Positions 38,149 to 48,579 are shown, counted from the stretch's first letter. The stretch is DNA of 64,000 nucleotides from Desulfobacteraceae bacterium (GCA_014237395.1 JABZFP010000028.1:585-64584); one strand, 5' to 3'. Numbers and translations: made by a program. Notes: generated by a model from the letters alone, not told the origin.

Positions 38149-38309
38149 TTAATCTGACGACGGATCGGTTCACACCTTTGCCAATTGCCGATCCATTGAC
38201 CTTATTCCACAAAAATCTTGTGATTTCCCCCTGACAAACGGCCTCGACTTTGTTATTTTCTATCTGTTGCCATTACCGCTCCAGCGACCCTTGATAGGAG
38301 AGGCCTTCG

Positions 38310-39053
38310 ATGACACCCACCCGACAACGCCAACTGCTGTTCGCTTTACTGGCGGCCGGCTTGCTGGTTGTGATCATAGCGACCATCATCGCCTTGACCC
38401 GACCCCAACGGGATATCCAAATTGCGGCGCCTGCCGATCCTTCCTCGTCCCCGGGCGGTTTCACCTTTTTCGATGTTGACCGCGCGACGGTGCTTGACCG
38501 CAGCCTTCGCAAAAAACTGGCCGAAACCCTGGGTTCGGATGCCATTGCCCATGCCACGCCGATCGATCTTACCACCGTCGGCCCCCACTTCCTGCGAGAC
38601 CACCTGCCCGTGCTGGACACCCTCAATCAGCGACTCAATCCGGCCATGGGCGGACGCCGGGAGCACGACACCACCCGCCTGACCTATCACCGGGCCGAAC
38701 GCCACAACATGCCCTTCCGCTATATCGAACTGGTCTTTTCCAACCGCAATGGCCGGCCCCTGTATTTCATCATCAACCCGACCGAAGACTTTGCGGACAG
38801 CATCGCCACCCTGGCATCCAAATATGGTCCGCCCCGCATCATCCAGACAGATAACGGTGACGCTCCCGTGCGCATATGGGAACAGGCGGGCGATATTCTC
38901 GTTGGAACCAGTTTCACCCGCCGTAATGGGCGTTTGGCGCAGGAGTTGCGCATTTATTTTGTGGACAACCTGAAAAAATTGGTGGCCAGCGAAGACCAGG
39001 CCCTGAAACAGCAGGAAAGCAGTTCCCGCAAGGCCGGCGAGCGGGCCTTCTGA
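38310..39053 (+). CDS. hypothetical membrane-anchored protein
   Basis: 247 aa. One N-terminal TM helix (LLFALLAAGLLVVIIATIIAL); no recognisable motif. Confidence 0.55.
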   Translation: MTPTRQRQLLFALLAAGLLVVIIATIIALTRPQRDIQIAAPADPSSSPGGFTFFDVDRATVLDRSLRKKLAETLGSDAIAHATPIDLTTVGPHFLRDHLPVLDTLNQRLNPAMGGRREHDTTRLTYHRAERHNMPFRYIELVFSNRNGRPLYFIINPTEDFADSIATLASKYGPPRIIQTDNGDAPVRIWEQAGDILVGTSFTRRNGRLAQELRIYFVDNLKKLVASEDQALKQQESSSRKAGERAF

Positions 39054-39131
39054 AGCCAGGGGCACCGCCCATCCAGGTTACCATGCTTGATAAGGGGGCA
39101 AACCCTTTTCCCATCTTATCTGAATTGTATT

Positions 39132-39174
39132 CTAATGCGGGTTTAACATAACCCTAACATCTACCGCGTAATTG
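39132..39174 (+). promoter_or_regulatory. candidate Pho box (3 units) and -10, upstream of phoB
   Basis: CTAAT(39132) N6 TTAAC(39143) N6 CTAAC(39154), exact 11-bp phasing; TAATTG at 39169-39174, 10 nt after the last unit. Confidence 0.55.
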
Positions 39175-39219
39175 TCCGGCTAACGCTATACTGACATCAA
39201 CCTGCAACGAGCGGAAACC

Positions 39220-39912
39220 ATGGCCAAAGAAACCATTCTGGTGGTTGACGACGAAGAGGATATTCTGGAGCTGGTGCGGCACCATCTCAAACGCGAGGGC
39301 TATGCGGTCCAGTGCGCCGACTCCGGTGAAAAAGCGCTCACGGCCGCCCGCACCGGTCCCGTGGACTTGATCGTACTGGATCTCATGCTGCCGGGCATCG
39401 ACGGTCTGGAGGTGACCCGCCAGCTGAAAAACGCCCCCCAGACCAAACACATCCCCATTCTCATGCTGACCGCCAAGGGCGAGGAATCGGACGTGGTCAC
39501 CGGGTTGGAACTCGGCGCGGATGATTACGTTACCAAACCGTTCAGTCCCCGTATCCTGATCGCACGCACGCGCGCCATTATGCGCCGCGGCAGCCGTGAA
39601 ACACTCGATGAGACGGCCGTGATCCGGGTGCATGACATCGAAATCCATCCGGGACGCCGCACCGTAACGCTTCAGGGGGAACCGGTCACGCTGACCTATA
39701 CCGAATTTCAGGTTCTCAGCATCCTGGCCCGCCGACCGGGCTGGGTATTTACCCGTTCGCAAATCGTGGATATGGTGCGCGGCGACGATTATCCGGTGAC
39801 CGACCGCTCGGTGGATGTTCAAATTGTCGGCCTGCGCAAGAAACTGGGTCGCTTCGGCGACACCATCGAAACCGTTCGGGGCGTCGGCTATCGCTTCAAA
39901 GAAACCTCATGA
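39220..39912 (+). CDS. phoB: phosphate regulon response regulator (OmpR/PhoB family)
   Basis: 230 aa. Receiver domain (ILVVDDEEDI, DLMLPGIDG, LTAKG) plus a winged-helix C-terminus (VRGVGYRF). Overlaps the kinase gene by 4 nt. Pho context: pst/phoU nearby and a Pho-box-like repeat upstream. Confidence 0.8.
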   Translation: MAKETILVVDDEEDILELVRHHLKREGYAVQCADSGEKALTAARTGPVDLIVLDLMLPGIDGLEVTRQLKNAPQTKHIPILMLTAKGEESDVVTGLELGADDYVTKPFSPRILIARTRAIMRRGSRETLDETAVIRVHDIEIHPGRRTVTLQGEPVTLTYTEFQVLSILARRPGWVFTRSQIVDMVRGDDYPVTDRSVDVQIVGLRKKLGRFGDTIETVRGVGYRFKETS

Positions 39913-41675
39913 AACGCAAACGCTTGGTCTGGCAGATTTTCCCGTCCTTTCTGTTGATCACCCTCCTATCGATTATCACAGCCATCTGGTTTGCCTCACA
40001 TGCCATGGAGCGGTTCTTTCTGGACCAGACCGCAACAGACCTGACGGACCGCATCACCCTGGTCCGCTACCAGATCGAACCCCACTTTCGGCCGCTGCAG
40101 GCCGATCGCATCGACCGCATTTGCAAAGAGGCCGGCCAGCTTTCTTCGACACGCTTTACGGTCATTCTACCCGATGGCACCGTGGTCGGCGACTCCCAGG
40201 AAAACCCGTCCCACATGGACAACCATGCCGGGCGTCCGGAAATCAACGCGGCCAGGCAGCACGGATCCGGGCAATCGGTTCGCTATAGCAAAACCCTCGA
40301 CCGCCGTTTGATGTATGTCGCCGTGGCCGTCACCGTGGATAACGAACTGACGGGCGTCGTTCGAGCGGCCTTCGCGGTCAACGCCCTGGATGAACGGATG
40401 GGCGCCATTCGCTGGCGGATGGCTGGGGGCGGCGCGCTTATCGCCATTCTGGTGGGATTGATCAGCCTTCTGGCAGCGCGCAAAATAAGCCATCCCATCG
40501 AAAGGCTCAAGCAGGGCGCCGATGCCTTTGCCGCCGGCAACCTGACCGACAAGCTGGCCCTGCCCGAAACCGAGGAACTGGCCGGATTGGCGCAGGCCAT
40601 GAACCAGATGGCCGCCCGCCTGGACCGCCGGATCGCCAGCGCCATCCAACAGAAAAACGAGCTGGAAACCGTTCTGTCGAGCATGCGCGAAGGGGTGGTG
40701 GCCATCGACAGCAATGAAGCCATCATGAGCATGAACCCGCTGGCCGCGGAAATGTTTGAGTGCGATCGCGAACGCGCGAAAAACCGCAGTATTCAGGAAA
40801 TAGTCCGCAACCTCGCCCTGCAGAATTTCGTGGCCAAGGCGGTGAAGGCGGAAGATTCGCTGGAAGACGATATTCCGTTCTTCCGCCAGGCGGAACATAT
40901 CCTCAATATCAAAAGCTCGCCCATCGTCGACAGCAATGAAAAACGCATCGGCACCCTCCTGGTCATGACGGACGTCACGCGGTTGCGGCGCCTGGAACAC
41001 ATGCGGCGCGACTTTGTGGCCAATGTCTCCCATGAAATCAAAACGCCCCTGACCGCCATCAAAGGCTATGTGGAAACCCTTTTCAATCGCGAAGTGGATT
41101 CAGCGGAAGACACCCACCGGTTTCTGGGAATCGTCATCAAACATGTCAATCGGCTGGAATCCATTGTGGAAGACCTTCTCGCCCTGTCGCGCATCGAACG
41201 GGAAAATTTCCGGGAAGCGCTCAATCTCGCCACGGTGCGACTGGGGAACATTTGCCAGACCGCCATCCAGGTCTGCCATAAAAATGCCGAAGCCAAACAC
41301 ATTGCCATCGACGTCCAATGCGGGGAAGACTTGCAGGCCACCGTAGATGCCACCCTGCTGGAGCAGGCCATTGTCAATCTTCTGGACAACGCCATCAAAT
41401 ACAGCGAGGACGGCAGTCGTGTCGAGATCAGCGCCGAAAACCGCGATGGCATGACCGCCATCCATATCCGGGACTATGGCTGCGGGATCGCCCAGCGCAA
41501 TCTTTCACGCCTGTTCGAGCGATTTTATCGGGTGGACAAGGCCCGCAGCCGCCAACTGGGCGGGACGGGGCTGGGGCTGGCCATTGTCAAGCATATCGTG
41601 CAGGCGCACGAGGGTGAAGTAACGGTGGAAAGCCGGCTGGGAGAGGGAAGTACGTTTTCGATTTATCTGCCCTGA
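39909..41675 (+). CDS. phoR: phosphate regulon sensor histidine kinase
   Basis: 588 aa. 2 TM, HAMP, PAS, H-box [18 protein letters not shown] boxes ([19 protein letters not shown]). Confidence 0.75.
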   Translation: MKRKRLVWQIFPSFLLITLLSIITAIWFASHAMERFFLDQTATDLTDRITLVRYQIEPHFRPLQADRIDRICKEAGQLSSTRFTVILPDGTVVGDSQENPSHMDNHAGRPEINAARQHGSGQSVRYSKTLDRRLMYVAVAVTVDNELTGVVRAAFAVNALDERMGAIRWRMAGGGALIAILVGLISLLAARKISHPIERLKQGADAFAAGNLTDKLALPETEELAGLAQAMNQMAARLDRRIASAIQQKNELETVLSSMREGVVAIDSNEAIMSMNPLAAEMFECDRERAKNRSIQEIVRNLALQNFVAKAVKAEDSLEDDIPFFRQAEHILNIKSSPIVDSNEKRIGTLLVMTDVTRLRRLEHMRRDFVANVSHEIKTPLTAIKGYVETLFNREVDSAEDTHRFLGIVIKHVNRLESIVEDLLALSRIERENFREALNLATVRLGNICQTAIQVCHKNAEAKHIAIDVQCGEDLQATVDATLLEQAIVNLLDNAIKYSEDGSRVEISAENRDGMTAIHIRDYGCGIAQRNLSRLFERFYRVDKARSRQLGGTGLGLAIVKHIVQAHEGEVTVESRLGEGSTFSIYLP

Positions 41676-41688
41676 GTGTTTGGCAGAC

Positions 41689-42093
41689 TCACTTGGAACG
41701 ATCTTTGGCCACCTGCCGCACGAATTTGACCCCGATGCCGTCATCCGTAAGGCGCACGACTTTTCCCCTGACTTTAATTGGATCGGCGTTGCGGGACGGG
41801 GTGAAATTGAGCAAGATCTCCTGCCCAACATCAAACGGTTCGCGCGTTTCGATAAACACCCCGGTCGGGCTGATGTTCTGGATGGTATCACGGTAGGCAC
41901 GGTCGTGGGTGGCATAATAAACGGTCAGGCTGGTTTCGCGACGTTTATGGCGGCGTGTGCGGCGGGTTTGCTTTTTTTCGAGTTCCTCGAGCATGGCCAA
42001 CTGCTCTTCAAATGTCATATCCGTGATCAGTTCGAACAACCGGAAGGTAACATCCGTCGGGCTGATTTGCTTTTTGGTTTCCGCCATCGTCAC
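41689..42093 (-). CDS. PilZ domain protein
   Basis: 134 aa. RRHKRRE...DTIQNISPTGVFI (RxxxR ... D/NxSxxG c-di-GMP motifs). Confidence 0.75.
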   Translation of the reverse strand: MTMAETKKQISPTDVTFRLFELITDMTFEEQLAMLEELEKKQTRRTRRHKRRETSLTVYYATHDRAYRDTIQNISPTGVFIETREPFDVGQEILLNFTPSRNADPIKVRGKVVRLTDDGIGVKFVRQVAKDRSK

Positions 42094-42173
42094 GCTCCTC
42101 CATAGTTCTCGCTTGCATGCCGTTCCGCCAGCCAGCCACAGGGATTCAGCGCTGCAACCCTGTCAATCTGATT

Positions 42174-42202
42174 TTATTAGTCGGATCACCGGTTATTGTC
42201 AA
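42174..42202 (-). promoter_or_regulatory. sigma70-like promoter for the PilZ gene
   Basis: The minus strand reads tttttttttTTGACA-ataaccggtgatccgac(17)-TAATAA. -35 at 42202-42197, -10 at 42179-42174, with a T-tract UP-like element upstream. Confidence 0.5.
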
Positions 42203-42566
42203 AAAAAAAATGGGCGGCTAAGGGGCGGGCAGCACCGGCATCCGTTAATGCGAAATGCGACGCGGGGGATGACCGGCAGCGCTGGTGGCCCCATTGACCA
42301 CCCCCTCGTTCGCGAATTCAATCGACCCCACCACTCATCAATACCCGATCGCGTGTCAATTAACACGATCCTCACACACCTCTAACATCTTCCATATGGA
42401 CCGGTGGGTATGCATGGCATCAGATGCCCCTGAAGGTATTGCAACGGCATTCCGACACCATGGATCCGACCGTCCTGCGGGAGGGCCGATTCGCGCTCAC
42501 GATATCCATCGCATCTATCCATGCGAAGCACCTAAGCTCATCTGCTGTGTCAGAAGGACTTTTCGT

Positions 42567-42734
42567 ATGACATCTGCCATTTTGTGTATCGCCATAACAG
42601 GCGTCGTCGTGGCCATAGCCGCAACGTTGCGCCGCCGGAAGTTGTCGGCGGAAACCGTTCTCCTCCTGTCCGTGCTCGAATCACTACAGACCTCGCCGCA
42701 ATCCGTCGACCCCGGGGATTCACGTTCAGCGTAA
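42567..42734 (+). CDS. possible small membrane protein (55 aa)
   Basis: Internal ATG of ORF 42285..42734 preceded by aagga. One TM helix (AILCIAITGVVVAIAATL). Weak call. Confidence 0.25.
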   Translation: MTSAILCIAITGVVVAIAATLRRRKLSAETVLLLSVLESLQTSPQSVDPGDSRSA

Positions 42735-42833
42735 CGGCTATGCCCCCCGCCCGATGAATTTCAATTCTTCACACCGCCCCATGATACCCCGTTATCACGA
42801 GCAGGGGCCGCCGTCCTCACCATTCCCCGATAA

Positions 42834-42888
42834 TTCACAAAATTAGAACTTGAATTTAACACCGGCGGAACAATTCGGGCCCATAAAT
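42834..42888 (+). promoter_or_regulatory. candidate Pho box (4 units) and -10, upstream of the 809-aa/PSD-like/Lgt-like operon
   Basis: TTCAC(42834) AGAAC(42845) TTAAC(42856) GGAAC(42867), exact 11-bp phasing; ATAAAT at 42883-42888, 11 nt after the last unit; ATG at 42933. Confidence 0.5.
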
Positions 42889-42932
42889 GGCAGTGATCAT
42901 TTTATGAATCCGTTTTTTGGTGGAGGAAGTGA

Positions 42933-45362
42933 ATGCCATCGACCGCTGCCCAGTTAAACGTGATCCGCCCCCAAGCCTTTCGTCCCCTTTCAGCGAAGGC
43001 GGTACCATCGATGGCGGATCGATTGGGGATCGACGCCCGCACGGCGGAATCGCTGGCGCGAACCCTCCCATTTTCCGGGGAAGATACGACCGCCGGTGTC
43101 GAGAACGAAATTCAGGCCTCCGTGGCGGGAGAAGCCTCCCGGGTGGATCTGCCCATGTCCATCGCGGCTTCCGAAGTCTTTGACCATATTCGTCAGATGG
43201 CCCGGGCGGGTGATACGTCGCCGAAACTAAAAGAGGACCTGGACGCCTACCTCGATCACAACACCGATCGGATATGGGAGAACAGCTGGGTCCAATTCCC
43301 CGAAGACCGGCTATCCGCCTTCGCCCGCAAGGTTTTCGAAAACGATCTGCGATCCGACAAGCAGGATCTTGACAGTCCTTTGCGACAGGATGCGGACCGT
43401 TTCCATTGCCACCGCAACGGAGAGCCGCATATCCGCGTTCCAATCAGCTACCTGATGAAACTGGCTTTGGCCGAAGCCGTCAGCGATCCCCAACTGGATC
43501 CAATGATCCGGACGGAAGCCCGTCGCATGATGGCACACTTTATCAGTGACAACACCTCCCCGGAAACCCATTCGTTTCATACGCCCACCCTCAGGCCCGG
43601 GCCGCGGATGGGGGCCGCCATCGCCGATGAGACCGCCCAACGCCTCCTGTTTTCCCAACTTCTCGTGATGTATGCAAACCGACGGTTCAACCTGCTGTCC
43701 GACGGCCAGCGTGCCCTGATCTATATGGCACCGCATCCGCCACAGCGGCAAAAGCGACTGAACGAACTCATTCCGGATGCCTTTTACCGGGAGCTTTTTA
43801 TGAGCCCGTGCCTTTCCGGATGGGATCGGGGCGAGGAAAAGCAGGCCTACATGGCCCACTGCCATAAAGTGCTTTCCCGCAGTCAGCTCAACGCCGTCAA
43901 AAAGCTCCGGGACGCCGGTATCATCACGCGCAATCTCGTGGTTCTGCCCAATCTGTCCAATACCAGTCTGGCCAACAACGGGACCCATATGAGCATCGGC
44001 AGCCGCATGCTCAGTCGGCAACTGAAAGCGTCCCACCCGGGATTCGGTGCCCGCGAGGAAAAATGGCTCGGCGATCTCGCCATCAAAATTCTGGAGCATT
44101 TTCTCCCGCTGTTCGTCGGGACCTACAGCGGGGCACCGTATCGGCTCGATTTCAGTGACATGCATCCCGAAAAGGCGCTCAGTTTTCTGCCCCATGAGCT
44201 TCATGAAATCCATTTGCGTATGATCTGGCGGCGCTGGAAAAAGAAAGCCCGCATGAAGATCCTGGGGAAATCCATCACCCCCTTCGGGCCGGCCTGGATC
44301 GATCGTTCGCTCGCCCGTTGCCTGCAATTGAAGGGCGACTTTGTGACCGACTTCCGCCTGGTCGACTACATGGCCTGCCTGATGAGCACCCATACCGCAG
44401 GCGCCTTGAACGGCACCGTCGGCAATGATGCCAAATTGAAAGCCGACCTGACGTCGTTGGGAACGTTTCACACAACCATGCCGCTCTACCTGCTGTATCG
44501 GCTGCGGCGCTATGACGAACTTGGCTTTTCGGGTTTTGAAGGACGCCACTACAGTCAATTTGAAAGCATCCAGAACGATCTGGGACACGCCGCAAGCCTC
44601 CAGGTGCTGCTGTCGGCGCTGTCCTTTCACTATATTTTTCGCGACGGCATTCACCATGTCGACATTCCGGACACCCCCCGGATTGAAAGTGAGCGTCGGC
44701 AGATTTTTTTTGCCGCGGCCATTGGCATTCCAACCGTCTATATCCACCGCCAGAGCCGCAACCGTTTTCTGCAGCGGCTTCTCCGGGATATTCCGGAAAC
44801 CCGCTTCAGCCATCGTTATCCGGGATATGTCCGGGTCAAGATCAAGGCCTACCAACGGGCCCTGGTGCGCATCATCCGACGGGATGCGCCCGAACTGATC
44901 GAACAATTTCAGGCCGGGACATGCCTGGATGACCTGGAAGCCCGCCTGGCGTCTCCCCGGGACGGTGCTGCCGGTCGGCTGACCCGCGGCATCCTGAACG
45001 AAGCTGGTGCCAAAGCCCCCTTGCAACTTCCCGCGGAAGCTTTCAACCAGGCCGGCGAACAATATTATCGCGAAACACTGCGCCGCAAGCATATGGAGGA
45101 AGGTCTCGATTTGTTTGAAAAGGCGCTGGCCACGATCGACGCCCCCGCCATCTGGCGGCAAGGTCGTTATAACCGCCCCCTCTACCAGCTTCTCCGGGGA
45201 AGAAATGCAGGGGAATTTCTGGCGCGCCAGCGACAGGCCCTGCTGTTCGAAATGGCCTCGGAGGAAACACTGGCCAAACTCATTCATTTATTCATCCTGA
45301 CGACCTTGAAAGCACGCCACGAAGATGCCTCGCAGGCTTCGCCCTCCGGGGAAAAGGACTGA
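42933..45362 (+). CDS. large hypothetical protein (809 aa), no recognisable domain
   Basis: RBS ggaggaag 4 nt upstream. Long clean ORF; its stop overlaps the next start (TGATG). First gene of a 3-gene operon. Confidence 0.8.
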   Translation: MPSTAAQLNVIRPQAFRPLSAKAVPSMADRLGIDARTAESLARTLPFSGEDTTAGVENEIQASVAGEASRVDLPMSIAASEVFDHIRQMARAGDTSPKLKEDLDAYLDHNTDRIWENSWVQFPEDRLSAFARKVFENDLRSDKQDLDSPLRQDADRFHCHRNGEPHIRVPISYLMKLALAEAVSDPQLDPMIRTEARRMMAHFISDNTSPETHSFHTPTLRPGPRMGAAIADETAQRLLFSQLLVMYANRRFNLLSDGQRALIYMAPHPPQRQKRLNELIPDAFYRELFMSPCLSGWDRGEEKQAYMAHCHKVLSRSQLNAVKKLRDAGIITRNLVVLPNLSNTSLANNGTHMSIGSRMLSRQLKASHPGFGAREEKWLGDLAIKILEHFLPLFVGTYSGAPYRLDFSDMHPEKALSFLPHELHEIHLRMIWRRWKKKARMKILGKSITPFGPAWIDRSLARCLQLKGDFVTDFRLVDYMACLMSTHTAGALNGTVGNDAKLKADLTSLGTFHTTMPLYLLYRLRRYDELGFSGFEGRHYSQFESIQNDLGHAASLQVLLSALSFHYIFRDGIHHVDIPDTPRIESERRQIFFAAAIGIPTVYIHRQSRNRFLQRLLRDIPETRFSHRYPGYVRVKIKAYQRALVRIIRRDAPELIEQFQAGTCLDDLEARLASPRDGAAGRLTRGILNEAGAKAPLQLPAEAFNQAGEQYYRETLRRKHMEEGLDLFEKALATIDAPAIWRQGRYNRPLYQLLRGRNAGEFLARQRQALLFEMASEETLAKLIHLFILTTLKARHEDASQASPSGEKD

Positions 45363-46444
45363 TGGCGACGCCTTGCATGGACACGCCCATCGCCTCTTCC
45401 GAAAGGCACAATCACATGCGCATGCTTGCCCGACCTGAGCATCAATACATCCAGCGTCATACCGGCCGCGTGGTCACCGAACGCTTGTTTTCCGACCGGA
45501 TCATCCACCTGCTCTATGCCCATGCCCGGGAAAATGCGCCACGGGTGTTCGACATGCTGACCTCCCGCCGCGCCAACGACGGGTATGCTCTCTGGCAATA
45601 CGACTTGCCGACACGCCGCTCACCGGCCGCGGTTACACGACTGATCCGGCAACTCGGCATCTGCCTGGAAGAGTGTCTGGCGCCGGAGGCCTTGACGTCG
45701 CCGCGCCGTTTGTTCGAACGGCAGATTCGATTCTGGCAGCACCGCCCCATGGCGAGCGACAAATGCCACATCGTGTCACCCGCCGACGCCCGCATGCTGG
45801 TGGGTGCGTTTGCCAGCCAGTCCCAACTTTTTCTGAAGGAGAAGTTCTTCGATTATCAGGACCTGCTGGGTGCGGATAAACCGAAATGGCTGAATGCTTT
45901 CCGGGGGGGACAGTTTGCCATTTTTCGTCTGACGCCGGAGAAATACCACTATAACCATCTCCCCGTATCCGGTCATGTCCGCGACATCTATGAAATCCAG
46001 GGAGTTTACCATTCCTGCAATCCAGGAGCCGTCGTCCGCATGGTAACCCCTTACTCCAAGAACCGGCGGGTCGTCACCATTATCGACACCGATGTCCCCA
46101 ATGGCAGCCATATCGGCCTGGTGGCCATGATCGAGGTCGTGGCGCTGATGATCGGCGACATCGTGCAATGCTACAGCGCACATCATTACGATGCCCCGCG
46201 CGCGGTTGCGCCGGGAATGTTTCTCAAGCGCGGGCAGCCGAAAAGTCTCTACCGCCCGGGCAGTTCGGTCGACGTCCTTCTTTTCCAGAAAAACCGCGTC
46301 CGCTTCTGTGACGACATCCTGTCCAATCAGCACCACCTTTCAGCCCACAGCCGTTTTTCTTCCGGCTTCGGACGCCAGTTGGTCGAAACCGATGTCCGGG
46401 TGCGTGAAACCATCGCCATGAAAGGAACTCATGATGGCGGATGA
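45362..46444 (+). CDS. phosphatidylserine decarboxylase-like protein
   Basis: 360 aa. PSD-family blocks (SPADARMLVG, FRLTPEKYHYNHLPVSG, VAMIEVVALMIGDI) and a GSS self-cleavage-type site in YRPGSSVDVLLF. Confidence 0.7.
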   Translation: MATPCMDTPIASSERHNHMRMLARPEHQYIQRHTGRVVTERLFSDRIIHLLYAHARENAPRVFDMLTSRRANDGYALWQYDLPTRRSPAAVTRLIRQLGICLEECLAPEALTSPRRLFERQIRFWQHRPMASDKCHIVSPADARMLVGAFASQSQLFLKEKFFDYQDLLGADKPKWLNAFRGGQFAIFRLTPEKYHYNHLPVSGHVRDIYEIQGVYHSCNPGAVVRMVTPYSKNRRVVTIIDTDVPNGSHIGLVAMIEVVALMIGDIVQCYSAHHYDAPRAVAPGMFLKRGQPKSLYRPGSSVDVLLFQKNRVRFCDDILSNQHHLSAHSRFSSGFGRQLVETDVRVRETIAMKGTHDGG

Positions 46445-47489
46445 ACTGTTTGTAGCGGTTTGCAGTCTGTTTACGATGATCTTGTTTCACTGGTCCTTTC
46501 ACCACCTGCCGCAGGAGAAATGGCAGTTCCTGGCCGCTGTTCCAACCTGCAAAGGTCCCGGCAACTGCTGGCAAGGCATCAATCTGACCTATTACGGTTT
46601 TTTCAACGCCACCGCCTATACCCTGGCCTGCATGCTGGTGATTTTTCTCACCGCTGCGGCCGGCATTCCGATAGGGTATACGCTGGCACTGCTGGTGATC
46701 ATTCTGGGCGTCTGCATGCCGGGATCCCGCATCGTCGCCCGCGTGGTCGAAAAAAAGCCGCATACCTTCAGTGTCGGCGGCGCTTTTTTTATCGGGATTC
46801 TGCTGACGCCCCCCCTGTTGATGCTGACCCAGCCCCTGGCAGTGCGCTGTTTCCAAGCCACCGTCGATCCTGTGGTTTTTCTATCGGCGGTGGCGATCGC
46901 CTATTGCTGGGGCGAAGGCATCGGACGGCTGGCCTGCATCAGTTTCGGCTGTTGCTATGGCAAACCGCTGTCCGAGGTCCATCCTCTCTTGCAACGGCTT
47001 TTTCACCGTTGGCATTTCATTTTCCACGGTCCCACCCGTAAAATCGCCTATGCCCATCATCTCGACGGTGTGCAGGTTGTGCCTGTGCAGGCGATTACCG
47101 CCGTACTCTACAGCCTGACCGCCCTGGTCAGCCTGTATGCCTTTCTCAACAACTATTTCCGAACGGCCATGCTGCTGTCCCTGATCGTCAGTCAATTATG
47201 GCGGTTTGCCTCGGAGTTCCTGCGGGCTGATTACCGGGGCGAACGCCGTATCAGTGCTTACCAGTATATGAGTTTGTTGGCCGTCGCGGTTGCGCTGGTA
47301 TTGGCCGGCATGCCTTTCGACGCACCGTCGCTGCCGGTTGCACACATCATCCTGGGCTTAACGGTCCTCTGGCACCCGGCCATGCTGCTTTTTCTGCAGG
47401 TGTTGTGGGTCGCCGCCTTCATCTACACCGGGCGCAGCAGCGTCACCGGTGCGACGATTGAATTTCACGTGCACCAGCATCTCACGTGA
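46431..47489 (+). CDS. prolipoprotein diacylglyceryl transferase (Lgt)-family membrane protein, atypical
   Basis: 352 aa, polytopic. GRLACISFGCCYGKP (Lgt GRxGxxxxGCCYG-type block) and WRFASEFLRADYRG (Lgt RFxxEFxRxD block). Overlaps the PSD-like gene by 14 nt. Confidence 0.65.
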   Translation: MMADELFVAVCSLFTMILFHWSFHHLPQEKWQFLAAVPTCKGPGNCWQGINLTYYGFFNATAYTLACMLVIFLTAAAGIPIGYTLALLVIILGVCMPGSRIVARVVEKKPHTFSVGGAFFIGILLTPPLLMLTQPLAVRCFQATVDPVVFLSAVAIAYCWGEGIGRLACISFGCCYGKPLSEVHPLLQRLFHRWHFIFHGPTRKIAYAHHLDGVQVVPVQAITAVLYSLTALVSLYAFLNNYFRTAMLLSLIVSQLWRFASEFLRADYRGERRISAYQYMSLLAVAVALVLAGMPFDAPSLPVAHIILGLTVLWHPAMLLFLQVLWVAAFIYTGRSSVTGATIEFHVHQHLT

Positions 47490-47537
47490 GATTCACCCTC
47501 CGCGCAGTGTTAAGCCTGATGCAACCCCCTTGAAAGG

Positions 47538-47750
47538 GGCTTGAAAACTGTTTTTGACGTTATGGGGTTTTTCTTCCCTTTGTCCCGCGCCGAGCATCGG
47601 CGGTGCGGACGGGAAAAAGCGCGCGGACTGTTTGAGCCCGCCGCAAAGCGGGTGAGTTTCTGCGCGCGCCGGCCGTAGCGATGACGCGCAGGTTTGAGCG
47701 GGGAACGGCGTTTTCTTTTGCTTCGTTTCTGCTGACGGCGTAAAAAGTTC
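47538..47750 (+). repeat. GC-rich dispersed repeat, copy 2
   Basis: gcttgaaaactgtttttgacgttatgg...gtcccgcgccgagcatcggcggtgcggacgggaaaaagcgcgcggactgtttgagcccgccgcaaagcgggtgagtttctgcg...ttcttttgcttcgtttctgctgacgg. Confidence 0.8.
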
Positions 47751-47757
47751 TGAAGCC

Positions 47758-47826
47758 GTCACTCCCGCGCAGGCGGGAGTCCATACCCCATTGAAATGAA
47801 TGGATCCCAGCCTGCGCGGGGATGAC
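47758..47826. repeat. GTCAT...ATGAC double-hairpin element (copy 2)
   Basis: gtcactcccgcgcaggcgggagtcca ... tggatcccagcctgcgcggggatgac; same architecture as 856-935. Confidence 0.7.
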
Positions 47827-47933
47827 AAAAAAATTATTTCAACGATTTTTTAAGGAATAATCCCTGCCGATCGCAGGAAGAGGGGTCTCGGGAGCAGGTA
47901 CCAAAGCAACGATAGCATGGATAAGGCGGACAA

Positions 47934-48536
47934 CTACGGCGCGGTGGTATCGACCCGGCGATCCTTCTTCCTCTGGATCGCATCCCGCCGACGCGCCCGC
48001 CATCGCCTGCCGATCACCAGGCTCGCCAGCAGCACCATGCAGAGCAGCGCATACTTCTGGATCGATCGCCCTTCGAGGATCAGCCGCTGAAAGACCTCGC
48101 CGAAAAAATAACCGCCGGTTCCGATGACCGTGGCCCATACCATGGCACTGGCGGCACTGAGCAGGGTGAACGTGCACACACGGCATCGCCCGGACCCAAG
48201 CAGAAAAGGGATCACCGCGCGCATGCCGTAAATAAATCGATAGAGCAGGATGACAATACTTTGCCGGTGGTTCAGCCAGCGGCCGGCACGGTCGAGTTTC
48301 CGCTGCCACGCCGCCCGGTGACCCAAAAGACAGGCGCCTTTGAGGCGCCCCAACTGAAAAAAAAACTGATCGCCGGCAAAGGCGCCGGCGGCCGAAGCCA
48401 ACAAGACCGCTTTAAAGTCCAGCAGGCCCTGCTGGACAAGAACGGCCGCGATCAGCAAGACCGTTTCACCCTCGAGCACGGCACCGATGAAAATGGCCGT
48501 GTAGCCGTATTGGGCGACAAAGGATTCCACGCTCAT
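47934..48536 (-). CDS. DedA family membrane protein
   Basis: 200 aa. YGYTAIFIGAVLEGETVLL and GDQFFFQLGR motifs. Confidence 0.85.
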   Translation of the reverse strand: MSVESFVAQYGYTAIFIGAVLEGETVLLIAAVLVQQGLLDFKAVLLASAAGAFAGDQFFFQLGRLKGACLLGHRAAWQRKLDRAGRWLNHRQSIVILLYRFIYGMRAVIPFLLGSGRCRVCTFTLLSAASAMVWATVIGTGGYFFGEVFQRLILEGRSIQKYALLCMVLLASLVIGRRWRARRRDAIQRKKDRRVDTTAP

Positions 48537-48579
48537 CGCGTTGTGCGATGGATCGCGTCAGGCGGCATTACCCCCCGCT

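Noticed and set aside
42285-42566. The 5' two-thirds of ORF 42285-42734 (149 aa) in the long PilZ / 809-aa intergenic region.
   Set aside because: Composition and sequence are not protein-like and there is no RBS. Only the 3' 55-codon part (42567-42734) has an RBS and a TM helix, and it is kept as a low-confidence feature.
43311-45287. 658-aa minus-strand ORF opposite the 809-aa orphan gene.
   Set aside because: It shows the same shadow-ORF composition (G/R/A/P/Q-rich), has no RBS and would break the operon logic. The plus-strand ORF has a strong RBS and translational coupling to the PSD-like gene. Because the plus-strand product has no known family, this rejection is slightly less certain than the others.
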